A DNA stretch of 64,000 bases from Lama guanicoe (taxonomy: Eukaryota). The notes beneath the pieces are model-generated. The model did no database searches and had not been told where the DNA came from. It was given only the letters and a program-made list of their open reading frames with translations. The stretch covers positions 798,274-862,273 of the forward strand of contig MU053645.1 in the NCBI GenBank assembly GCA_013239625.1, read 5' to 3'. Made by a program: the position numbers and the translations under genes. This document shows, piece after piece, positions 12,481 through 26,797 of the stretch (its first letter is position 1; every line of letters starts with the position of its first letter).

Positions 12481-14522
12481 GCTCTGCCTATAATTATGAC
12501 AGGAGTTATTTATTTGCCTTTGAGACAGTAGATGCCTGGGTTGGCAGCAGTGGGTACCGAAAGTGATTATTTGCCATTATCCACATGCCAGTTTTCCATG
12601 CTACGACCTATTAATAGCAGATATTTAATCACAGTTCGATTTCTTTTTATACCCTTAGGCCTCCCTCGCTGCTCAGCTGGTGTGCGCTCATGGGAATATA
12701 TTATATTAATGTCAAGTTTAATCAAATAATATTAGGTGGGTAAATCTACCATTAAAGAAAGACATATGCAGCACAGTCCCTCTTTTCCAGAAGGGTTGGA
12801 CATGAAACACTGTGGCTAATTTTATATGCTAGTCAATATGATTAGCATAGATATTCTACCTCCAATCGTTGATTTTCAAAGAATTTTGTCTAATTATGCT
12901 ACATCCCTTTATATTACTTGATTACCCTTTCTAAAATAATCTTTTCACAAACTGTATAAACACTGCCATTTTAAAATTATATGTTTCGCTTATAATTTGG
13001 TGAACTGATCTGCTTCCCTTTTCAGATGTTGAGAACTCTGACCCAGTGCGTTTATCTTTTAACCTCAGTTGACAGGAAGCGCAGAGCTAAATGCAATGGT
13101 CAAGTGTAATAACTACCTTCCCTCATGATTTTGCTTTCTCTATACAAGGAGTTCTTGACCTGTGGTTCAAGGACACCCAGGGGCGGGGCGCCTGGACAGA
13201 CTCTACGATTGTGCCTATTTGCATAGTTGTACTTTTCTGGGGAGATGTTCCACAGCTCTTTGTCAGATCTTCAAAGGGGTCTAGGAAAGTTTTTGAACTC
13301 TGTGGTTTCTGATCTCTCTTTGTGATTTCATTTTTCACTGCGTTGCTGCATATAAGCTTTTATTATAAGCTGCCTGAAATCCTCTCATAGTATGTAAAAT
13401 ATTCATTAGAAATAAATCAATACTCAAATAATTAACTCATTCTACGTTTATACTGAATGGCATTTGAACTTTATTTGAGGACTCACGGAGCACCAGATTC
13501 ATCACTATGGATCTTGATGACCACTGTTCACTGTTGAAGTTTAGAAGGTACAACAGAATTGGACTAATTATATACTGTTCTCTGGCTATCTCTTGGGGGG
13601 CTGTTTTATTCACTCCCAACAGGTATCGGTTGTTTACCTGTCGTTTGTCATTCTCACAACTGTCAAAAGCAGAGAGGGCAAAATCTGCAAACTTTCTGGG
13701 TCATGGTAAATTACTAGTGATGCATCCCTGTATTAAATGCAACTTCAACATTTGTTGTTTTATCATCTTTAAATGAATTTTATATTATTCCTTTTTATGG
13801 ATCATCTGCGATACTGTTCCCATGCATTAACAGAACTGAGAAGAAACAGTACTTTGTTTTTGAAACTATATTTTTCTCATAGCTTTATTTTAAAAGTTGG
13901 TTAATAGAAACAAAGAAAACATGGGGATAAATTGTTTTTAAAAACTCTCTAATATTCCAGTTTCTGTTTTCCCCTAACCCTAAGATGTACAGCAAGTGTT
14001 TCTGAATTAACAAATATGTCTTGGCAAAGTAGCTTCAAATCTCTATAATTACCTATTTGATAGGAAAAAAAAAAACTTCTGGAATTTTTTTTTCATTTGT
14101 GTCCTAAATCCCTTGACTTACTACCTCTCAACAATCAGCTGCATAGTTGACACCTGTACAACATTAACAGGCTATTTGGTCCCATTTGTGACAGGACATG
14201 GTTGGTATAGAAAATAATCAAAATATCTGCTCCTGGGACACAACAATCATGCTCAAAGGCAACTGAAGACATTTAACTGCCATTACAACCAGATTTGTCA
14301 TACGGACCTTGAGAGCACACTGAGAATTTATTTTCTTTTAAGTATTAGCTGAGCAAAATGTATTTGATTTAATAGACTTATGGTTCCTCTTCCTCTGTGC
14401 CCTTGTTTTGGGTAGCAGAGAGGGAGTCTTTAGTTATAAAGTAGTCAATAGGCAGAGAACAAGTATTCAACAATGAAGACAACAATTTCTAAACATTATC
14501 CCCTTATTCTTTTCCCTTAGTA

Positions 14523-14838
14523 CAGTCATCCCACAGTATCTGCAGAAGATTGGTTTCAGGACCTCTGCGGACATCAACATCTGTGGATGCTCAAGTCCCT
14601 TATATAAAATGACATAGTAGTTGCATATAACCTACACATACTTTCCAATATATTTTAAATCATCTGGAGATGACTTATAAAAGCTAATACAATGTAAATG
14701 CTATGTAATAGTTGCCACTGTGCAGCAAATCCAAGTTTTGCTTTTTGGAACTTTCTGAAATCTGTTTTCAAATATTTTTGATCCATAATTGGTTGAATCC
14801 AAGGATGAAGAACCTGCAGATATGGGTGGGAGCAATTG
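14523..14838. mobile_element. MER2-like Tigger MITE
   Basis: TA-flanked. Starts cagtcatcccacagtatctgc, contains ggatgctcaagtcccttatataaaatg, ends gcagatatgggtgggagcaattg. Confidence 0.8.
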
Positions 14839-17184
14839 TATTCACAGCACAGGTTACAATATAACGCTTCTCAAGAGACCTGAGGCAACTTTCCCCAAAA
14901 AAGTCGGCAAAGGGTATGGTACCAGGGATCCATGAAGGCCCATCTGACACCAAATATTTTCCCACACTGAACTTTCATAAGTAGAAATCGATTCTGATGA
15001 GTTAACAACTTATATCTAGAGAGCATAGGACCACTACTAGATTCTAGCAAGGTGGTAGCATTTGTTTTTAATGGATTGCTGCTCCTAGGAAAACCAACAG
15101 AGAGTGGGGCAAAGGGGGATGAAATAGGATATAGAGCATTTATCTTTAGATTTGGGACTGGTAAAGCAACTAAGAAGGACGTACTGAGATAAGAGGCCTG
15201 GAAATTCAGGTGGCAAGGAAACATGAAGGGATTGAAACTTTAAGGTTAAAAGAGAGGAAGTGAAATGCGTGAGAGGGTCACAAGAAGGCAGGAAGAGGAG
15301 AAAGGTCACTCAATTTGCCAAGAGTCATTCCAGGAATCAAAGGTGGTGCCATCAGTCACCAATGCAAGTCATGTTTCTGTCAGGAGGAGGAGCCTGTAAC
15401 ACATGCCACACATTCAGAGCTCTTTGCACATTGACACTCCATCCATACTTGGCAAACAGCTGAATCAATCGATCTGTGATGCAGCTGACAAGGGAGCAGG
15501 CTACGGCCAGGTTGGGGACATAGCAGAACCAAGGAGCCCACAGAGGAAGCCCACCTGCAAGCTTAAACTTACCAGCCCTGGCCTCTAATTCACACAGCAA
15601 TCCAGCCCTGTTCTGTTCACAACTCCAGCTGCACCTGTTTAAGTTGGCCCGCAAAGGGCTCCAAAGAAAAGTCGTTTCTGTACAGATTGGCTTCTCCCAC
15701 AGGTGGTTTGATAACTGGGTTTCACTGACCAGCCACATGTGTAAATAGAGGCATTGTCAGAAGGAAAATACTTTCCCCCTAAAACCAGCAATATTCTACA
15801 GTTGGGTTGATGCTTGCTACAGAGCAAACCCATCAAAAGCATCAGCGAGTGCATGCCTGTCCCTCTGCTTCACAATCACTCAGCCTAGCTATAAATATTC
15901 CTGTCATTCCATTAAAAAATAGCTCCTATTTCTAAATTATCCATTCCCTGTTCACTCTTGAGTCTTATGAATAGCAATTCAAGTATTTAAAAGAAAAATT
16001 GTGTTTCTTTAGATTCTCATCTCTGTTCCTTTGATTTAGATTTCTGTAAGGTTATTACTCTTGGTTTAGTCTTGTTAGCAGAAATGCATTAATATCTGAG
16101 CTATCCAAAATAATTATCACGGAGCAAAGAAAGTCACTTCTTTAAAACCCAGGTCTCTATTTTAATCACTTTCATTCCAATTTGCAAAACAAGTGGGCGT
16201 TTAAGGTATTTGACGTGAAAATTAAAAAAAAAATGGAGCACATGAAATATATAAAGGACATGCCAGTGTTCGTGCAATTTATTTTGCCAAGAGGAGATTC
16301 CTAGGGTAAAAATGAACGCAGCCCCCTGTAAAGTACTTTGGGTGACCAAAGCAAACCTATTTAGCCTGTTGATAGATAAGCCTCAGCTTCCTTCTCAATA
16401 CAACTGAAAAAGCAAATCCTGTCACACCCACCTGCTGTGAAAACAAAGTCCTGAGAAAAGATTTTAAATCCCTAAAAGAGGATAAGATGTTATTATCAAC
16501 AACAATTATAATATTATTTTAGAAAAAAAGAACATTGCATGGAATAAAATTACAGACTCTAATGGCTATGTCCATTACAATTTTTATTGGGGGACAGGTC
16601 ATTATAGCTATGTATAGAATCGCCAATTCTGGATTTTTGCCCCAAACTGTAAATCCCTTTGGGTAAAATGGCTAATTAGCACTATAAAAATAAGCAAGCT
16701 CCAGATATCTTGATGATGTTCATTACAACTTAAGTCCTTTGCCTGGGATGTACGTCTGATACTATTTTATTATGTTTTTGATTAAGAAATTCATTTGTGT
16801 TTTAAACCAGGTGTTTTCTTGTAACTATGCCAACTATATCCCATTCGTTTTTATGGACAGCTCTCCTCACGTTTGTCAATCAACAGGGCAATTGTTGGGG
16901 GCAATTCATCAAATTACCACTAGAGGGCGGGCTGTCCAAGTTTTTGTGTAGCACGTTAAGTTTTCGCCACCTAACCTCTAAAACAGGATTTGCTTGCTAT
17001 CCGCCAAATGCTGGGTTGCTGGAGAGGGATCACAGCGAACCTCTGAGGATACACCACTGGCGATGACAGAGGGAGCCAAAAGTTGAGCATGTAGTTAAGA
17101 TCTTGCTCAGATTGGGTAACCAGGTTACACACACCGGTAAATGACCCAACACAGAAATGTGCAACAGCAGCTACTGGCATTCAC

Positions 17185-17415
17185 AGAGCCCTTAGTACAG
17201 AACTGCTGGGCCCTGCGATAGGTGCTTTGCATGTAGTTTGCTCATTTCATTATCATGTCAACGCTGGGAGGTAGGGATTCTTTTCCCCATTTTATTGAGG
17301 AGAAAAGAAAAGCTCAAAGAGTTGAAGTGATTGCTTAAGGTCATTCAGGTTGTAGTGGCAGAGTTCGGACCCCAACACAGGTGTTAGACTCCAGAAACTA
17401 TGTTCTTAATCATGG
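17185..17415 (-). mobile_element. MIR SINE
   Basis: MIR core: ccccattttattgaggagaaaagaaaagctcaaagagttgaagtgattgcttaaggtca. Confidence 0.65.
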
Positions 17416-18679
17416 TGTGTGTTCTATATACTGCCTCCTATACACCTCGTCCCGGCTCATGAGCCATTAAGATATTAACATTTGCTTGGTGCTATCCACA
17501 CTGTCATATGTATTCCAAAGAGAACATGCCTGTTCAGTAGAGAAGAATTTTCTAGCTGAGTAATAATCTATTCCCAAATAATTACCATTGTGGGAATAAT
17601 AACCATCAAATAATAGATGCCAATTATGTATCTATGAATTATGCACAGTATTTACAGAGTAATGGATTATTAATAATCTGTATATATGATTTACCCTCTG
17701 AAGATATTGTAAATCTTGGATAAATTTTATTGGGCTCACACTCATTTATTTAAAATTAAATATCTAGGGATGATCACTCAGTTACTAACATTATAAGCTT
17801 AGAAATACAGTTGTGTGCTTATCTTAATATTTATACCTACTATGTATTATATATGTTGAATACATAACTCTCCTCATTTTTAATATTCTAATGTGGGAGT
17901 TGAACACCTCCTGTTTCAGCTCTCCCCCAAACTCATGCCTAAAGACAAAATTCTTTTTATTTTATAGCCATCACAGTGGACACTGTCTGCCTCCTGTGGG
18001 CAGCCTTCAAGCACCAAAAGTCAAACTCTGCGAGAAGGGAGTGGCCTGTGCCCCAGGGGCTGGACGTGTGCCTCTTTGCCCCCAGGCTGGATATGTGGAC
18101 AGAGCTGTTTCACCATTTTTTTAAAAAAATTCTGACAGTGGAAAAAATTTTGATTTTTAAAGTTTCATCTGTGCATCAGTATCCATCCATCAAGAGACTC
18201 CTCCTCCATCTCTGCTCTATAAATACAATGAATGATTACTGCTTCCGGTTTTAAAAAGCATGTCTCCATTTTTTATGAATTGGATTATACGCTTTCCTTT
18301 CATGGTTTCACCCCCTACTATTCGTCAATGGGAGAGTTCTGCCTAAATGAAGTCCTTCATCTCATTTCAAGCTAGTTATTATGCTTAATAATGGGCTGGC
18401 AACCATCTTCATTATCCTTTCATTACAGGATCTGTGCTATGCTTTGACAAGATCATTCCTTCAATCTTCACCCGACAAATAAGCCTCAATTACGTTATGG
18501 AGGTGAAGCCACGTGATGCATGACAACCAACTCTTCAACTCCTGATTACCTGAGGCCTTTGTGTATTTGCCACTAGGCTGAGATGCACTGATGTTATTTC
18601 AAAGGCAGCAGCAGCAAATGCACCTGCAGGTGACAGGACATCAGCACTGCCCACCAACCCCTCTAACGGGCTTTTCTGC

Positions 18680-19820
18680 TACTCCCTCAAATCCAGGACC
18701 CTCGGCAGTGAGCTTATTGCCAATGCGAAATCTTCGCTGCCTCCCATGTTCGCAGACATCCAAGCCCCAAATTTTGGAAGTCATCCCTGAATCTTGCCTT
18801 TCCCTTCCCACTGACCTCCACCTGCTCCTCTCATTAGACATTAAAGTTTGTCCTTTCTGAAAAGTTACTCAAATTCTTTCCCTCCTCTCCATCTCCTAGA
18901 CATACAAGTCAAGAACCTTCTCAGATCTTGCTTGGACTATTGGAATGCCCTTCTAAATGATTTTCTAACTTTTCCATTCCAATCTGTTTTTGAAACTGCT
19001 ACCAAAGTGCTTTCTTTTTTTTTTTAATTGATATATAGTTTTAATTGATGTATAGCTTTACAGTGTTGCATTAGTTTCTGGTGTACAATATACTGATTTG
19101 AGTTTTATATATATAGATACACACATATATATATTCTTATACATATTCTTTATCATCAAAGGTGATTATGAGCTATTGAATATAGTTCCCCGTGCTATAC
19201 AAGGGAGGACCTTGTTTAGCTATTTTACATATAGTAGTTTGTACTTGCAAATCCCAAACTCCAAATTTAGCCCTTCCCTTGCCTTTCCCCTTAGTAATGA
19301 TTAGTTTGTTTCTGTCTGTGAGTCTGTCTGTTTTGTAAATAAGTTCATTTCTGCCATTTCAAAGGGATCTTTCTGATGTATAAGACTGTGTCCCTTTACT
19401 GCTCAAAACCTGAAATGGCTCCCGGTATGCAAATCCCTAAACCCAGCTCTCCTGGCTCACCAGGGACCGCCTGTCTTTCCTGACTGCAGCCACAACTGTT
19501 GGCAGACGCTACACTTCAGTAAATGCTCACCAGGCCTGAACCTGCCCTTCACTTCTCTCCTTTTGTTCTTCCGGTTCCTTCCACTGGAATACCCTTTGCC
19601 TCTGTGCCTATCTACTGAGATCCTACTTATCTTCCAAGACCCAGCTCCCACTGCCACTTCTATCGAACTGCACTCCACAGCTCCGTGTGAATTCTTTCCC
19701 CTGTGGTGCTCTGACCACATGTTTATCTACAAATCGCCTTCCCAGTTAGATGGGTGTCTCACTCACTTTGTATGCCTAGGACAAGGCCCAGTGCATTGCA
19801 CATAGTAGGCACTCGTTCAG
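18680..19820 (+). mobile_element. L2 3' fragment interrupted by a short L1
   Basis: Pyrimidine-rich L2 motifs (agtcatccctgaatcttgcctttcc; cttgcttggactattg) and terminal cacatagtaggcactc. Confidence 0.6.
19015..19357 (-). mobile_element. Short 5'-truncated L1 3' end
   Basis: A poly(T) run followed by the reverse complement of the L1 3'UTR (ttctggtgtaca; gaatatagttccccgtgctatac), homologous to 7800-8090. Confidence 0.85.
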
Positions 19821-22596
19821 TCTTTACCGGATGGAATCAAGTGGGATTTTCCCCCCCAAAAATGCACTAGTAATCAGAAGTTGTTTGTATTTGTCAAAGA
19901 CCTTAAGACTCCTCCTGCTGCTACCCACCAGAGCAGTGATGTCTCCAAAATCTGACACGACAAGGTACAAAATGTGTTCACAATAACAAATGACTGCTAC
20001 TTTTCCATTAGCTGATGTCACAAGAGATAGGAATCACAAAAGAAACTCAGTGCTACATCCCTGCTCCGGAAGTCCCGATTCTGTGCTAAGTCAATCAAAA
20101 TCACCGCGCCTATCACCCAAGCCCTTCCAAATGAGGCCCTACCCAAGCAAAATGCCTGCCTGTCACTTTCGAAGAGAAATGCCCCACTCTTGCATCTGAC
20201 CTCCTCTCTCTCAGAGCTCCCCTCACCCTCCTTGTCAGAAGGCAGTTATGCTGTGGGCCCTTGCTCATTCAGCTCTTTCCTGTCTCTACCCTCATACCAT
20301 TTCTCCCACCTTCCAGGCTTCTCCCAACCAAGTCTCCGTTACGGCTGGAGCTTAATTTACCTAGGAGTCAAGTTAGAAGCGGCACCCTGGTTTTTCTACC
20401 ATATTGACTGGAACATTAGTCATCTCATGCTTTTCTTTTTCTTGTTTTCATCTCTCCTCAAGCACCTCCCACACCAGACCCATAGTAGGTCTTACTAAAC
20501 ATAGGTTTATGTGATCTCACGTAATCCCATGTGATCTCACGTAATTAAGTACTAGTAGAGTGAACTGCTTTTGGTTAATTAATTTTCATATTAGGTGGAG
20601 GGTTAACCTTTCCATTGTTGCAAATCTTTTCCAAATCCATTTTTCTGTCTCAGTAAGTAGGGAATCATAATGAGAATGAAATTTTTCTGGATTGACTGAG
20701 GATGTGTCAGGCCCTGGGGGTCATCACACTAGACTCTGATGCCAAGGAGGTGTAAGAACAGAGCACGGCAGTGTGACAAGAGCATAGAGCTAGCTGGAGA
20801 GCCGAATCCTGGGTTCACATTCCACCTCTGCCTCCTTAAGGAGATACATGACTTTGGAGTAAGAAAAGAAATGGAGACATTAAACTAGACAAGTTCTAAC
20901 CTAGCAACAATAAAACAAGTTATATGATGGTTGCTGAAGCCTTTAGTCAGGAACACCAGTTGCATATTAGTGCTAAATTTGAAAATCCCCCTCCACACCC
21001 GGGCGATCTTCATTTTTATGTCTTTTCTTAATTTCAAAGTTACAGAGAAATAAAAAGAATACTATTACAAACTCCCATGACTTCAGCGTCCAAATTTAAT
21101 AATGTTAACTTTTTTCCCCCAATTTGCTTTCAGTAGCTTTGTTTTAGTAAAGAAATAAAGCACTGCAGATATAGTAAATGTCACCTTTAACCACCATACA
21201 CAGTCCCATCCTTACCTCAAACCCCTGCCTGGATGTAACCACTATTCCTTCCAACTTTTAGACTCTTATGTACATAGGTAGATACACTGAAGAAAAAAAT
21301 TCATAGTGATTAAAAGCTCATCTTACAATGGGGAGTAGTGGTGGGAATAAAGGTCAGTTAACTGAGGGCTCTTGGGAGGTGGGTTCCACTCAGCTGAGGT
21401 CTAACAGAGCACACTTACAGGTGTGCACACACACCCCATACCCGGGTGCACCCTGCACCTCCCACACACAGAACCCTTAGGGGGACTAAACCTCAGAGTC
21501 TACAGGGATTTTCTGCCTGCGGTCAGTTGTTTCCATACTACCTTCTGCCACACTGATTTCAGGATGAGAACTCTGGTCCTGTCAAGAGTTCTGCTCCAGG
21601 TGACTGGGAGATGCAGTGCAGCGCGGGTGCTTACCTGTAGCACTGATATGACCTAGATGGTGCTCAAGGGAGCGGCACCCACTGTGGGGCTAGCCCTGCT
21701 TTACCTGACAGGGAAATGGCCAAGTTCAAAGGACTTACTGGGTAACTGGGTATGAACTGTATCTGCCAAATGTTAGCGCCATAACTGTAGTTTTACTACC
21801 CAGGAAGCTGGTCTTGCCTTATCCCCTCTCAGAAATGGGTATGGTTACAGGGCACTCCATAATGTTGCTACATGCATTTAGGTGAACATTAGAGGATTAG
21901 TAATGTGTCACTGTGCCCAGATACTGATTGTCCCCATGGTAAAAGAGGCATAATTATACTATATCTATAATATTACTATTTGTAGTTCTATTAATATTAT
22001 GTTATAGTATTAGTTAACCAGGATGCAGCAGCAGGAAGGCTTGTGTTAGGCTCTGCTTATTGTTAACTGGGGATAATTACTGTGCATTCATTATTATTAT
22101 TTGTGTTCACATTATTATTATAAATGTTACTTATTTCACTTTTACACTATCCATTATTTTAATTAAGGTCATAATTAAATGATTATGTCATTACTCATTA
22201 TAATGAATACCACAATTGTATTACTATGTATACCACAATCATATTATATATTATAAGAATTATAGTAAGCATAACACAGTTTAATACTTTACTAATAAAT
22301 ACAGGAGACTTGAGGACGGGAGAATCTTAAGTCCCAGAATCCTAAGAGCCCTGCTGACCCATTTCTCCCTCTTTCAGTCCTCCCCTCCAGTGAGGGTAGC
22401 TCAATTTCTGGGCCCTTCAACATCACTAGATCATAAGCTGTTAGGAGATCACTGTTGCCAGGGTATGTGTCATCCTCTCCAGCCAAAACATAAGCTCCTG
22501 GACCCAGAGCGTTGGCTGAGTGTGGAGCTGGCCTTTAGAGCATGAAGTTCCTAGTGAAACCCTAAATCCCTGCCCCTTGAATCCCATAAACACTCT

Positions 22597-23165
22597 TGGA
22601 ATAGATAGAAATCCTACAGTGATGCCCCAAAGATGTCTCATCTTCACCCCCAAAACCTATGAAGACGATGAAATAGCACTTCTGTGATACTGCTCTGTTA
22701 CATGGCACAGCTGACCATAACACAGAGAGTTAATTCAGTTGGACCTGATCTAACCACAAGGAGGCTGGAAAGCAGAGCGTTTTCTCCAGCTGTATGAGAA
22801 AGGGGAGTCAGAGAAAGGTGAAGTGTGAAAAGCACAGTATGTAATGCAGGATTGCTGGCTCTGAAGATGAAGGAGGCCACTTGAGAAGGAATGCTAGGAG
22901 CCTCAAGGCACAGAAAGCAGCCCCCAGCTGACAGTCAGCAAGGCAACAGGCACCTCAGTCCTGCAGCTGGCAGGAACTGGATTCTGCCCATAGCCGGCAT
23001 CCTGGGGGATGAGAAGCCTGGAAGGGGATTCTCCCTCAGCTTTCATCCAAGAACCCAGCCCAGCTGACACTTGACTTTGGCCTTGTGAAACCATAAGTGG
23101 AAAACTCTAGTGGACGTCTGACCTATCAAACAGTGAGCTCATAAATAGGTATAGTTTTAAGCTGC
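22597..23165 (+). mobile_element. MaLR LTR (MLT1D/E-like)
   Basis: Motifs ccccaaagatgtc; ccccagctgacagtcagcaagg..cctcagtcctgcagctggcaggaactggattctgcc; ccagctgacacttgactttggccttgtga. Confidence 0.75.
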
Positions 23166-23634
23166 AGGGACGCGCTGGGCCCCTTCCACCTGCAGTTGCC
23201 TCCCTGCCTCCCTTATCCAACCTCCTCCTCCAAAGCCAGTGACACCTGGTGCCTATAGGTAGATGTTTGCATGAACCACCCCATCAGTTGAACAATGCCA
23301 CATGCTTCGGCTGCCTACCCAAGGGGCCTGGGAAATGTGACAAGATCCTCAGAGATCCCAGCTGTCAGCTTCACACCTGACTCAAGACTCCCCATGACGT
23401 GTTCCCTTTGCAAAGATAATCATCTTCCCTAAGATATTCAACCTGCCCAAGACCATCAGCCCCTAGCTGTTTCAGCAGACTGGTGAGATTCTATTTATTG
23501 AGCTGGTTGCTTCATCACAGGTGTGTTTACTTTAGACATTTCCTTCAGCTGTACATTTAAAATAACACCCTTTTCTGTACCATGTCTGAGATTTTATTTT
23601 GCCTTACATACAAGAAGCTAATAAATTAGCCTGT

Positions 23635-24010
23635 TACTGTTTCACAGATGCTGGCAGGATAAGACTTCTGCGTCGGAAACAAGGGATATTATGACATGCC
23701 AGACAGCAAACAGTATGAATATCAGCATATTTGCATAGGTTCCCCTGGTCCCTCAAGTCCCATGGGAATGACACAGGGCCATCCAGGGGGCTGCTGGGCA
23801 GCAGAATCAAGGAACACTGAACTTGGGGACCCCACCAATTTGTAGCAAGCTGTAAGCATGCCTGCTCTTTGTCCTGAGAGATAATTCACCAAGTCCTCAA
23901 GGTTGTGTGCAGCAAACACAGCACTGAAAAACGGCCCAGGAAAAGGACACCAAGACCTTGCATTCTTGGTGCCCCCAACAAGATGTGCAGGAGCAGAAGA
24001 AGCTCCCCCA
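23635..24010 (-). mobile_element. Possible ERVL LTR (LTR41-like)
   Basis: cagatgctggcaggataagacttctgcgtcggaaacaaggg resembles the recalled LTR41 end. Confidence 0.4.
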
Positions 24011-26301
24011 ACAATTAAACGTCAATAAAATTTACCAAAAACACAGTACCCTGACTGACAGCACCCCCACTGTTAACAACCCCTCCTCCATCTCTCACTT
24101 CTTTCTCTCCTTCACCCCCTGCCCACACTCTTGGTGCTACTCCTTTCCCAAACTGCTCTCTCTCTCCCTCTCCTCATCCCATCCAGGGCATGAACCCTAA
24201 GCCAGGGAAGAGGCTGGATTCAGACAGATCTGGGATTTGACTTGGTCACATTGTGAAGCCTCTGGCAAGATTTCCTGAACCCTCAATTGGCTGTGGTGGT
24301 GGCAGCCAGGGAGGGGCATCCCCTGTTCCTCCAGCACCAGCCTGCCCCCGTCAGCACCTGTCTTTGCCAGGCAGACATAAGCAGGTAGGCAGGCCAGGAG
24401 GGCTGGGGTAGAGAAGAGAAGGGGTGTGCTCAGCCCAGGCCACGATTCCACACACATACACAGAGGTTTGGACTACTTTGGTTAGCATGGAGCTTAGTAG
24501 GCCTGTAGCCTAAACAGGAACAAATGGGGGTATCGGGATGGTCCTTAACGTATGATGGAGGCTAGATCACCTTCTTCCACAGATCCAACCCCTAAACACA
24601 GGACAGTGGGAAAAGACCCTCAAAATACAAACCTGACCTGATCCTCCTGCTGCTGAGGGGTAGGGAGTGAGGGGACAAAGGTAAGATGAGGTGCAAGCTG
24701 GCCTGGGGGAAGCCCTGTTGTCTCTGCCACCCACCATGAGCCCCGCCTTCTCCCTGACTTCTGCAATCCTGTCCTCTGTACTCCTGTGTCTGACCATCTT
24801 GAGTGACATGTGTGTCTTCTGCATTCATGTCCACAGACTTCATACTGCACATCCAGTGTTTCCCCTGGAAATTCCTCCTGCTGTAGGCCCCAGAGGTCTT
24901 TGTCATCGGCTCTATGGGGACAGTCTGGGGAGACCTTCTGGGTGTGCTCTGCCTCCAGAGATACCACAGCTTCCATGGTCAGATGGGGCCATGTGGTTTG
25001 AATTCCAAGGTCAAAAGGGTGAATTCCCAGGAGACTGAAACATCCTTTCTTGAGCAGACGTGGAGCCTGAGAGATGGTCTTAGATCCCTCTGAAACCTGA
25101 ACTTTCTCCTTTAAATCCTCTTGTTTCTTTTATCTCAGTCCTGCTAGCCCAACAATTTCCAAAGAGATATGAACTTAACATCACCAGGGCAAGTCTACCA
25201 CCCTCTCCCCTCTGCCTGTCACCTTGCTAAATGGAGGACTCTAGTGCCCAGGCCCCAGTCTCTGGCTGTGCCTTGCTTAATGCTGTGTGACTTCTGGCCA
25301 GAGTCCAGACTTCTCTGAATCCCTCTTGAAAACAAATAATTACAGGTGTAGGGCTTCATCCAAACGATTAATATACTTTTACTATATCACCGGATGTAAT
25401 GTAATGTTGTCCTATTATGATATGTACACGCTGCTTATGCAAAATATTCATAAGTGTCTCTCCCTTTGTTACACATCTCTTTGGATGAGGTCATTATTAG
25501 GAAGCTGCATGGAAATTTTCTGTAACAAGGCAGAAGCTGTGGCTACCTATCTTTTGTCCTTCATAACACTGATTTCAGTATTGTGAGGTAGCTGGGAATG
25601 GGGAGCAGAAGTGGACACCTCATGGGTAATTGCTGACTTTCACAGCTGCGGCTTACAAAGCTCTTCACGACGGTGTCAACTCAATTTATAGGCGGAACAA
25701 GCAGAACCCATCCCCCCCCCACCCCCTGTAGCAACTTCCATCCACTAGGTATTATTCAGTTTGAGAGGAACTGAAAAGCTTCCCAACCCAAAAGATTTAC
25801 CTGGGTTTATCTCTTCTGTGTCACTTTTCATAGTGTTTGGGAATCATGCAGTCTTACTGAATTAGAATGTCTTGCTCCCTAGGAATAGTGTCAAACCTCC
25901 TAACAGAGATATTATTATACATGAGCAAGGATTCCGTTATCCGATTAACCCATTGCTCCCTATCATCACCCAGCACAAACTTAGTGAGAAAACGGGATCC
26001 TGGAGAGAGAGTTTTGATTAAGTAGAGATGGGAGAAGGAAAAGGGAAAGGGGTACTTGGCCTGTAGGTGTTCCCTGCCCCTTAGCCATGTCATTCGCCAA
26101 AGAGTGGCATGAAGGTTAAATGGTAGAGTCAAAAAAAAATACACAACACTTGAGGATATCTGGGTTTAACCCCAGTTTATTATCTGTAAAATGGAGATAC
26201 TAGCTCTGCTTACTGCATAGACTTGTAAAGATTCAGGAATCAGACCTAAAGCGAGGGATCTTTTAAGTCCTTATTATGCATCAGATATCACACAAGGTGA
26301 C

Positions 26302-26797
26302 TGTGATGGTTAATTTTATGACTGGGCCACAGAGTGACCAGACATAAGGTCAAACATTATTCTGGGTGTGTCTGGAGGAGAACATTCGAACTGGTAGACT
26401 GAGAAAAGGAGGTGCCCTCCCTCCCATGAATGGACCTCATCTAATCAGCTGAGGGCCTGAACAGAACTAAAAGGCTGACCTTCCGCTGAGTAGCAAAGAA
26501 TTTACTCCTGGCTGACTGCTTTGAGCTGGGACATTGGTTTTTTTCCTGCCTTTAGACTCAAACTGAAACATCAGCTCTTCTTGGGTCAAGCCTGCCGGCA
26601 AGAGGACTGAAACTTACACCATCGGCTCTCTTGGGTTTCCGGCTTGCTGACTGCTGATCTTGGAACCTGTCAGCCTCCATAATTTCCTGGCCAACTCCTT
26701 ATACTAAATCTCTTTATATATAGGAACAGTCTGTGGATAGGTAAGTAGGTACATAGGTAGGTCAATAATTAGATACTCTCTGGAGAACCCTAATACA
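26302..26797 (+). mobile_element. MLT2B-like ERVL solo LTR
   Basis: TGTGATGGTTAATTTTATG...CTCTGGAGAACCCTAATACA termini with a perfect 5-bp TSD GTGAC (26297-26301 and 26798-26802). Confidence 0.9.

Noticed and set aside
21900..22290. AT-rich (TTA/TAT) tract as a structured array
   Set aside because: Low complexity with no constant repeat unit or spacer periodicity.
24197..25038. Cluster of 60-118 aa ORFs in a GC-richer patch
   Set aside because: No recognisable protein similarity or exon structure. Probably an old LTR-like relic that I could not name.
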